IMG/VR virus record: IMGVR_UViG_2617270978_000023
DNA: 27,371 nucleotides
Direction: 5' to 3' (one strand)
Origin: a virus
Lineage: Duplodnaviria; Heunggongvirae; Uroviricota; Caudoviricetes
The number at the start of each line of letters is the position of its first letter. Within the stretch, counting starts at the first letter, position 1. Positions 1 through 6,915 of this stretch are shown here, in pieces. The position numbers and the translations under genes were made by a program. The notes below the pieces were generated by a model, which was not told the origin of the DNA, did not search any database, and saw nothing but the letters and a program-made list of their open reading frames with translations.

Positions 1-2397
1 ATGAAGGCTGAAATCAGCCGTAGAAGTCTGATGAAAACCTCCGCACTTGGCAGTCTTGCGCTGGCAAGCAGTGCTTTCACTCTGCCATTTTCCCAAATGG
101 TCCGGGCGGCAGAGGCTCCGGTAGAAGAGAAAGCGGTCTGGAGTTCCTGCACCGTTAACTGCGGGAGCCGCTGTCTGTTACGTTTGCATGTGAAAGATGA
201 CACCGTGTACTGGGTGGAGTCTGATACGACAGGTGACGACGTCTACGGTAATCATCAGGTTCGAGCGTGTTTACGCGGGCGCTCTATCCGCCGACGGATG
301 AATCATCCTGATAGGTTGAAATATCCCATGAAGCGCGTCGGCAAGCGCGGTGAAGGTAAATTTGAACGGATAAGTTGGGACGAAGCCCTGGATACCATCA
401 GTGATAATCTTCGGCGGATCCTGAAAGATTACGGCAATGAGGCTGTACATGTCCTGTACGGAACAGGCGTAGATGGCGGAAACATCACCAACTCAAACGT
501 CCCGTACCGTCTGATGAACTCTTGCGGTGGTTTTCTCAGTCGCTATGGCAGCTACAGTACCGCACAGATCAGTGCCGCAATGAGTTATATGTTCGGTGCC
601 AATGATGGCAACAGCCCGGATGATATCGCCAATACGAAACTGGTCGTTATGTTCGGAAATAACCCGGCAGAAACGCGGATGAGCGGCGGTGGTGTCACTT
701 ACTACGTCGAGCAAGCCCGCGAACGTTCAAACGCACGCATGATCGTCATCGATCCACGTTATAACGACACTGCTGCCGGGCGTGAAGATGAATGGCTGCC
801 CATTCGCCCTGGCACCGATGGCGCACTGGCCTGTGCGATTGCCTGGGTACTGATTACTGAAAACATGGTCGATCAGCCATTTCTCGACAAATATTGTGTT
901 GGTTACGATGAAAAAACGCTGCCCGCCAACGCACCACGTAACGCGCATTATAAAGCCTATATTCTGGGCGAAGGGCCTGACGGCATAGCTAAAACGCCGG
1001 AATGGGCAGCAAAAATCACCAGCATCCCGGCAGAAAAAATTATCCAGTTGGCACGAGAGATCGGTTCAGCAAAACCTGCTTATATTTGTCAGGGTTGGGG
1101 GCCACAACGACATTCCAACGGCGAGCAAACATCCCGCGCTATTGCCATGCTTTCCGTTCTCACCGGCAACGTCGGCATAAACGGCGGCAACTCAGGCGTA
1201 CGCGAAGGTAGCTGGGATCTGGGGGTAGAATGGTTCCCGATGCTCGAGAATCCTGTTAAAACGCAGATTTCCGTCTTTACATGGACAGATGCCATCGACC
1301 ATGGTACGGAAATGACCGCGACCCGTGATGGTGTTCGTGGAAAAGAAAAACTGGATGTCCCCATCAAGTTTTTATGGTGCTACGCCAGTAACACATTGAT
1401 CAATCAACATGGCGACATCAATCACACCCATGAGGTGCTTCAGGATGACAGCAAGTGCGAGATGATTGTTGGCATTGACCACTTCATGACGGCCTCGGCT
1501 AAGTATTGCGATATCCTGTTGCCCGACCTGATGCCAACAGAGCAAGAAGACCTTATCTCTCATGAATCTGCAGGGAATATGGGCTATGTGATCCTCGCCC
1601 AACCCGCAACCTCAGCAAAATTTGAACGCAAACCCATCTACTGGATGCTGAGTGAAGTCGCCAAACGCTTAGGACCAGACGTTTATCAAACCTTTACTGA
1701 AGGTCGCAGTCAGCATGAATGGATCAAATATCTCCATGCGAAAACGAAGGAACGTAACCCTGAGATGCCCGACTACGAGGAGATGAAAACGACCGGGATC
1801 TTTAAGAAAAAATGCCCGGAAGAACACTACGTCGCTTTCCGCGCATTCCGTGAAGATCCACAGGCAAACCCGTTGAAAACACCTTCGGGGAAAATCGAAA
1901 TTTATTCTGAACGACTGGCGAAGATTGCAGATACCTGGGAATTGAAAAAAGATGAAATTATTCATCCCCTTCCTGCGTATACCCCAGGTTTTGATGGCTG
2001 GGACGATCCCCTGCGGAAAACCTATCCACTGCAGTTAACGGGCTTCCATTACAAAGCGCGTACCCACTCCAGCTACGGCAATATTGATGTGTTACAGCAG
2101 GCCTGCCCACAAGAGGTGTGGATCAACCCCATTGATGCTCAGGCACGCGGTATCCGTCATGGCGATACCGTGCGGGTATTTAACAATAATGGAGAAATGC
2201 TGATTGCCGCAAAAGTGACTCCGCGTATTCTGCCTGGCGTTACCGCCATCGGGCAAGGTGCGTGGCTTAAAGCGGATATGTTTGGTGACCGGGTCGATCA
2301 CGGCGGCAGTATCAATATTCTGACCTCTCACCGCCCTTCACCGCTGGCAAAGGGAAACCCGTCGCACAGCAATCTTGTCCAGATCGAAAAGGTTTAA
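1..2397 (+). CDS. ynfF: DMSO reductase family molybdopterin oxidoreductase catalytic subunit (putative selenate/DMSO reductase); probably 5'-truncated by the window edge
   Basis: 798-aa ORF with a twin-arginine signal (SRRSLMK) and the Cys cluster CTVNCGSRC typical of the N-terminal Fe-S site of DmsA-type enzymes. It is followed 10 nt downstream by a dmsB/ynfG-type start with its own RBS. The native start probably lies a few codons upstream of position 1. Confidence 0.85.
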   Translation: MKAEISRRSLMKTSALGSLALASSAFTLPFSQMVRAAEAPVEEKAVWSSCTVNCGSRCLLRLHVKDDTVYWVESDTTGDDVYGNHQVRACLRGRSIRRRMNHPDRLKYPMKRVGKRGEGKFERISWDEALDTISDNLRRILKDYGNEAVHVLYGTGVDGGNITNSNVPYRLMNSCGGFLSRYGSYSTAQISAAMSYMFGANDGNSPDDIANTKLVVMFGNNPAETRMSGGGVTYYVEQARERSNARMIVIDPRYNDTAAGREDEWLPIRPGTDGALACAIAWVLITENMVDQPFLDKYCVGYDEKTLPANAPRNAHYKAYILGEGPDGIAKTPEWAAKITSIPAEKIIQLAREIGSAKPAYICQGWGPQRHSNGEQTSRAIAMLSVLTGNVGINGGNSGVREGSWDLGVEWFPMLENPVKTQISVFTWTDAIDHGTEMTATRDGVRGKEKLDVPIKFLWCYASNTLINQHGDINHTHEVLQDDSKCEMIVGIDHFMTASAKYCDILLPDLMPTEQEDLISHESAGNMGYVILAQPATSAKFERKPIYWMLSEVAKRLGPDVYQTFTEGRSQHEWIKYLHAKTKERNPEMPDYEEMKTTGIFKKKCPEEHYVAFRAFREDPQANPLKTPSGKIEIYSERLAKIADTWELKKDEIIHPLPAYTPGFDGWDDPLRKTYPLQLTGFHYKARTHSSYGNIDVLQQACPQEVWINPIDAQARGIRHGDTVRVFNNNGEMLIAAKVTPRILPGVTAIGQGAWLKADMFGDRVDHGGSINILTSHRPSPLAKGNPSHSNLVQIEKV

Positions 2398-2407
2398 GGA
2401 GTAGCCC

Positions 2408-2521
2408 ATGACCACACAATATGGATTTTTTATCGATTCCAGCCGCTGTACTGGCTGTAAAACCTGCGAACTGGCGTGCAAAGATTTTAAAGTTGGTTAC
2501 GTATCGTTTAAAATCAATTAG
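2408..2521 (+). pseudogene. ynfG: 5' fragment of the 4Fe-4S subunit gene ynfG, truncated after codon 28 by foreign DNA; the ORF now ends after 37 codons
   Basis: RBS aaggag then ATG. The product MTTQYGFFIDSSRCTGCKTCELACKDFK matches the recalled DmsB/YnfG N-terminus, then diverges into VGYVSFKIN-stop. Only the first CxxCxxC remains, so it cannot form a functional ferredoxin-type subunit. Confidence 0.75.
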
Positions 2522-2566
2522 ATAGCCCGTCATTTCTGCGCTCACACGTCCCAACATTGAAAAACA

Positions 2567-2599
2567 TGCAAAGCTTTGTAAGCCGATGCAAAGCTTTGT
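2567..2599. promoter_or_regulatory. Two tandem copies of ATGCAAAGCTTTGT, each containing the 10-bp perfect palindrome CAAAGCTTTG; candidate operator or integrase arm-type sites
   Basis: Read directly: copies at 2567-2580 and 2586-2599, about 75-110 bp inside the junction. Confidence 0.4.
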
Positions 2600-2886
2600 G
2601 TGTCTCACTTTTGTCCCAATACCAATCCGAATCCACCCTTTGTCATCATTGAGAAATGGCAAGGAAGAAAAGGATGTTACTGCACGATTTGACAAATCCG
2701 CCAGAGCTATCGCATACTGATCGCACTGAACAAATAAGCGGTCTCCGCACCCGATAGCTTTGCGGCTTTTTTATGCCTGCAATTTGGCATAGTTACATCC
2801 GTACAAAGGTCGGGTGGAGAGGCGTAATACAACACCCGCAAGGGGAATATGCCCAGAGCTTCTTATTTGGCTCAGTTGACACCCGA

Positions 2887-2907
2887 CCGCCAGCTACTAA
2901 CTGGCGG
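2887..2907 (+). promoter_or_regulatory. Inverted repeat CCGCCAG-n7-CTGGCGG in the leader of the first antirepressor gene
   Basis: Read directly; lies 30 nt upstream of the ATG at 2937. Confidence 0.35.
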
Positions 2908-2936
2908 TTATAAACTAAACAAATAAGGAGGTCATC

Positions 2937-3221
2937 ATGACCAGTCAACTCATCCCCGTATTCAACGGTTCTATCTCAAACCAAGCAGCCCTTCTATGCA
3001 ATGCTCGCAATCTACACGCTTTCCTTGGGGTTGGTAAACGCTTTGCATCGTGGATAACAGAACGTATTGCTGAATATGGTTTCGTTGAAAATCAGGACTA
3101 TATGATTGCTTCCCAAATTCGGGAAGCAAAAGGTAGAGGCGGTCACAACCGCAAGGAATACCACCTCACCCTCGACACAGCCAAAGAGCTTGCGATGGTT
3201 GACGACTGCGTCCAATACTGA
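2937..3221 (+). CDS. AntA-domain antirepressor-like protein, short paralog (94 aa)
   Basis: Strong RBS aaggaggtcatcATG. The N-terminus MTSQLIPVFNGSIS...NARNLHAFLGVGKRFASWITERIAEYGFVENQDY fits the AntA/AntB antirepressor N-terminal signature. It shares leader and N-terminus with the downstream paralog. Confidence 0.6.
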   Translation: MTSQLIPVFNGSISNQAALLCNARNLHAFLGVGKRFASWITERIAEYGFVENQDYMIASQIREAKGRGGHNRKEYHLTLDTAKELAMVDDCVQY

Positions 3222-3421
3222 CTATACTCCGCGCCGAGGCCTCGAAAACCTCCCAAAAGCGGATTAAACCAACCCCGTCAGTGTTGGATTTTTTATGCCT
3301 GTTATTCAGTGATAGCACAGTGTGCGGTCACATCCCCGATCAATGTCGGGAGGGCGACGAATACAACACCCGCAAGGGGAATAAGTCCGCGGTATCTTTT
3401 GGGCCGTTTCGAGCCTCCCGG

Positions 3422-3438
3422 CACCACATCTTGTGGTG
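3422..3438 (+). promoter_or_regulatory. Inverted repeat CACCACA-tct-TGTGGTG in the leader of the second antirepressor gene
   Basis: Read directly; about 32 nt upstream of the ATG at 3471. Confidence 0.35.
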
Positions 3439-3470
3439 GCATTTCTCGAAAAAAGCCAAAGGAGGTCATC

Positions 3471-4100
3471 ATGACCACTCAACTCATCCCTGTGTTTGAA
3501 GGTACAATCTCAAATGAACCTACGCTTCTGGTGAACGCGCGTGATTTGCATGGATTTTTAGAGGTAGGTAAAGATTTTTCTAACTGGATACGGGCCAGGC
3601 TAAACGAGTATGGATTCGTAGAAAATTTAGACTACATTCTATTTTCGCCAAATTTGGCGAAAACTCCAGGCCGCCGCCGCAAGGATTACCACCTCACCCT
3701 CGACACAGCCAAAGAGCTTGCGATGGTTGAACGTAACGAAAAAGGTCGCCAGATCCGCCGCTACTTCATCGAGTGCGAAAAGAAACTTCGCAACATTCAG
3801 CCAGTACAAGCAGAACCACAGCCGCAATTCACAGCCGAGGAAATCATCCTCCTTTGCTACATGCAGCTCTGGATGGAAAAAGCCCAGGACCTTAGCAAGC
3901 AGCTGTACCCCATAATGAAAGAGCTGAACTCCTCATACACGAACAAGCTGTATGACATTGCGTTTGAGACTATCTACATGGTGACGAAGAACAGAGATGT
4001 GCTACTGAGAGAGGCGGCACGGCTTGACCAGTCGAGTTTCGTAGTTCAGCGGGCCAGACCAATGCTGAAAAGCCTGCGGGCAAGACAATTTGAATTCTGA
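3471..4100 (+). CDS. Phage antirepressor with N-terminal AntA/AntB domain (209 aa)
   Basis: Same RBS as the first paralog (aaggaggtcatcATG). The product starts MTTQLIPVFEGTIS, parallel to the paralog. The six-frame ORF extends to 3309, but the internal ATG with the RBS is preferred. Confidence 0.7.
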   Translation: MTTQLIPVFEGTISNEPTLLVNARDLHGFLEVGKDFSNWIRARLNEYGFVENLDYILFSPNLAKTPGRRRKDYHLTLDTAKELAMVERNEKGRQIRRYFIECEKKLRNIQPVQAEPQPQFTAEEIILLCYMQLWMEKAQDLSKQLYPIMKELNSSYTNKLYDIAFETIYMVTKNRDVLLREAARLDQSSFVVQRARPMLKSLRARQFEF

Positions 4101-4105
4101 TACCA

Positions 4106-4129
4106 AAGGAGCTTCGGCTCCTTTTTTTA
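4106..4129 (+). terminator. Rho-independent terminator after the antirepressor gene
   Basis: Stem GGAGC-ttcg-GCTCC followed by TTTTTTT, directly after the stop at 4100. Confidence 0.7.
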
Positions 4130-4296
4130 TACCTGAACGACAACGCCGCTGAAATCGAAGAGTTAATACAATAAAGAGAAGAGCTCAGTACATTAGATAA
4201 ACATTTTTTATCATTATCTCATTGCCTTTATTCAAAAAAATAGTTACATAACGTTACTAGGTAAAATGCAAACCCTCGCTATTTTTATCAGATTGT

Positions 4297-5523
4297 ATGC
4301 CGGTAACTATAACAAAAATCAGAACTGGAGAAGATGTTTTGTCAGCAGCCATTCACCGCATTGAATGGTTGTTTGAAACATTCTCTTCTGTATGTTTATC
4401 TTTTTCTGGCGGTAAAGATTCCACTGTACTTTTCCATCTTGTAGCCGAAGTGGCCTACAGGAAGAAACGTCGTTTTTCTGTATTGTTCATTGACTGGGAA
4501 GCCCAGTATCAATGCACCATTGATCATATACAGAAGATGCGGATGATGTACCAAGATGTAACAGATACCTTTTACTGGGTTGCACTTCCCCTGACGACAG
4601 TAAATGGTGTCTCGCAGTTTCAGCCTGAGTGGATATGCTGGGAGCCCGGTGTAGAGTGGGTTCGACAGCCACCGGAAGATGCTATTACTGATATGGCGTA
4701 TTTCCCCTTTTACCGCTACGCCATGACTTTTGAAGAATTTGTCCCAGCTTTTTCTTCCTGGTTCGCAAGTAACCAATGTAGCGTGGCAATACTGACTGGA
4801 GTCCGCGCGGATGAATCTCTTAACAGATTTATGGGACTGGTTTCCCAACGAAAACTGAGATATGCAGATGATAAACCCTGGACCACGGCGTCACCTGAAG
4901 GTTTTTACTACACCATGTATCCGCTGTATGACTGGAAAACCAACGATATCTGGGTATATAACGCTAAAACCTGTGCAATCTACAATCCTCTGTATGATTT
5001 GATGTACCGTGCAGGCATTCCTCTACGTAATATGCGTGTCTGTGAGCCTTTTGGCCCGGAACAGCGTAAGGGACTATGGCTTTATCATGTTCTGGAGCCA
5101 GAAACTTGGGCACGGATGTGTGAACGAGTATCTGGTGCTGCCAGTGGGGCTCTTTATGCCAATGAAAGCGGGGCCTATTTTGCCCTGCGTAAACGGATGT
5201 CAAAACCATCCCATCATACCTGGCGCAGCTATGCGTTCTTCCTGCTGGACGTAATGCCGGAAAGAACGGCTGAACACTACCGCAACAAGATAGCAGTTTA
5301 CCTGCGCTGGTATCAGAACCGGGGATTCCCGGATGATATCCCGGATGAACAGGAAAATGATCTGGGCTGCCGGGATGTTCCCTCCTGGCGACGTATTTGT
5401 AAGACTCTCATAAAGAATGATTTCTGGTGCCGAACGCTCTCCTTCAGCCCCAACAAACCCCGGCACTATGAACGTTACCTGCAGCGTATGAATGAAAGGA
5501 GGAAGGAATGGGGAATTCTGTGA
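4297..5523 (+). CDS. ibrA: PP-loop ATPase / PAPS-reductase-like (DndC-like) protein, IbrA-like (408 aa)
   Basis: PP-loop motif SFSGGKDS near the N-terminus. Length and pairing with a ParB-like gene match the recalled ibrA/ibrB pair. The start has no strong SD, so its position is uncertain. Confidence 0.65.
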   Translation: MPVTITKIRTGEDVLSAAIHRIEWLFETFSSVCLSFSGGKDSTVLFHLVAEVAYRKKRRFSVLFIDWEAQYQCTIDHIQKMRMMYQDVTDTFYWVALPLTTVNGVSQFQPEWICWEPGVEWVRQPPEDAITDMAYFPFYRYAMTFEEFVPAFSSWFASNQCSVAILTGVRADESLNRFMGLVSQRKLRYADDKPWTTASPEGFYYTMYPLYDWKTNDIWVYNAKTCAIYNPLYDLMYRAGIPLRNMRVCEPFGPEQRKGLWLYHVLEPETWARMCERVSGAASGALYANESGAYFALRKRMSKPSHHTWRSYAFFLLDVMPERTAEHYRNKIAVYLRWYQNRGFPDDIPDEQENDLGCRDVPSWRRICKTLIKNDFWCRTLSFSPNKPRHYERYLQRMNERRKEWGIL

Positions 5524-6152
5524 CACCAGAGGTGGAGGTGCTGAGCAAGATGATTCGACAGTACTTCAGTCAGGAACAATCTGAAGAGAAAACCATACAG
5601 GCCCTGAACCATCTCCGCTGCGTACTCCATGAGATCAGCCCCTTTGCTCAAGAACCAGTGGACTGTGTGCTGTGGGTAAAAGCGGATGAAATTGTCGCTA
5701 ACGATTATAATCCCAATGTCATGGCCCCAAGCGAAAAAAAATTACTGAAACAATCTCTGGAAAAAGACGGTTTTACTCAACCAATTGTTGTTTCGGAAAA
5801 AACAAGCCATTACCTGGTGGTGGATGGTTTTCATAGGCAGTTACTAGGTAGAAGAACAGTTACTGGAAAACGCCTGAAAGGCTGGCTACCAGTAACCTGT
5901 ATTAATCCAGACCGAAAGGGACAAACCTCACGTATTGCCGCGACTATCCGACATAACAGAGCCAGGGGGAAACACCAGATAACCTCAATGTCTGATATTG
6001 TCAGAGATCTTTCACGTCTTGGCTGGACTGATGAACGTATCGGAACAGAACTGGGGATGGACCAGGATGAAGTTCTGAGGTTAAAGCAGATTAGCGGGCT
6101 AACGGAGTTATTTCAGCAGGCAGATTTCAGCCCTGCATGGACTGTTACATAA
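5508..6152 (+). CDS. ibrB: ParB/sulfiredoxin-like nuclease-domain protein, IbrB-like (214 aa)
   Basis: ParB N-terminal-type motif VVDGFHRQ. The start overlaps the ibrA stop by 16 nt, with RBS aggagga upstream, suggesting translational coupling. Confidence 0.65.
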   Translation: MGNSVTPEVEVLSKMIRQYFSQEQSEEKTIQALNHLRCVLHEISPFAQEPVDCVLWVKADEIVANDYNPNVMAPSEKKLLKQSLEKDGFTQPIVVSEKTSHYLVVDGFHRQLLGRRTVTGKRLKGWLPVTCINPDRKGQTSRIAATIRHNRARGKHQITSMSDIVRDLSRLGWTDERIGTELGMDQDEVLRLKQISGLTELFQQADFSPAWTVT

Positions 6153-6240
6153 AGTTAGGTTAGGCCTGTGGAGCCGGGGAATCGGAATTAAACATCTTCC
6201 CTCCCCGGTAAATACAAATAAGGGCTGAACATCATCCCGA

Positions 6241-6765
6241 CTACCTCAGATCACCTAATAATATATCAAGATTATTTTGCGCATTAATGCTATTCGCCAT
6301 TACTGTTGCTGCTTCTGGCAACTTTCCAAGAGCAATAAATATATTCTTAAGGCTGATTGGAATTGATGAACCATGCGGATCGCGCCACTCACCGCAAATT
6401 CTGTGAGTTTCATCACAAAGCCTGAACGCATCCCAACCTCCATATTGACCAAAAATTATGTCCATTGACTCTATTTCTGCGGGCGATAACTCCCCCAGCT
6501 CATCAACAGAAGAAAATGTACGCCACATTTCAACCTTATGATCCGCTACATCAGATATCCATGATTCCCACGGACTGTACTCGTTTTCACTTCCATCCTT
6601 AACCAAAGAATATGTCTGCGATAAAACGGGTCCTTTGTTCATAGAGAAATAATGATCACCACTAATGGGAAAACCATACAACTCCATTGCTTTGCGGTCA
6701 GAGAGATACATCAGCTTAATGAAACGCATAGATCCGCCATGTTTTTTCAGCAAATACGCTGCCAT
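6241..6765 (-). CDS. DUF4065 / Panacea-domain-like protein (SocA/GepA-type; candidate antitoxin) (174 aa)
   Basis: The N-terminal pattern IKLMYLSDRKAMELYGFPISGDHYFSMNKGPVLSQTY resembles the recalled DUF4065 signature (LKLQKLLYY...G.P....GPV..Y). It sits 150 nt downstream of the giant ORF on the same strand. Confidence 0.45.
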   Translation of the reverse strand: MAAYLLKKHGGSMRFIKLMYLSDRKAMELYGFPISGDHYFSMNKGPVLSQTYSLVKDGSENEYSPWESWISDVADHKVEMWRTFSSVDELGELSPAEIESMDIIFGQYGGWDAFRLCDETHRICGEWRDPHGSSIPISLKNIFIALGKLPEAATVMANSINAQNNLDILLGDLR

Positions 6766-6915
6766 TTACGCAACTTTTTCTTCATTAAACATAAATCGGC
6801 TCTCTGTCTCACATGAAATACTCTTTCTGACTATATGTTAATAGCTCCGGTTATTACAGGTTAATGTGTGTTTATTTCTTAATCAGCCCCGCACTTCCGT
6901 ACGGGGCCATTTCTG

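Noticed and set aside
2312-2695. 127-aa minus-strand ORF spanning the ynfF 3' end, the ynfG fragment and the junction
   Set aside because: It overlaps two well-supported plus-strand genes and crosses the host/phage boundary, so it cannot be an ancestral gene of either.
2683-2766. 27-aa plus-strand mini-ORF with an RBS-like aaggaag sequence
   Set aside because: Too short and featureless to support; it may simply be leader sequence. Noted only because of its decent SD.
3309-3470. Upstream extension of the second antirepressor ORF to 3309
   Set aside because: The internal ATG at 3471 has the same strong RBS and N-terminus as the paralog. The extension covers leader sequence containing an inverted repeat and has no SD.
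4396-5526. Minus-strand ORFs (150, 81 and 108 aa) antisense to the ibrA-like gene
   Set aside because: Fully contained within a gene that has a clear PP-loop motif; no RBS; composition typical of antisense frames.
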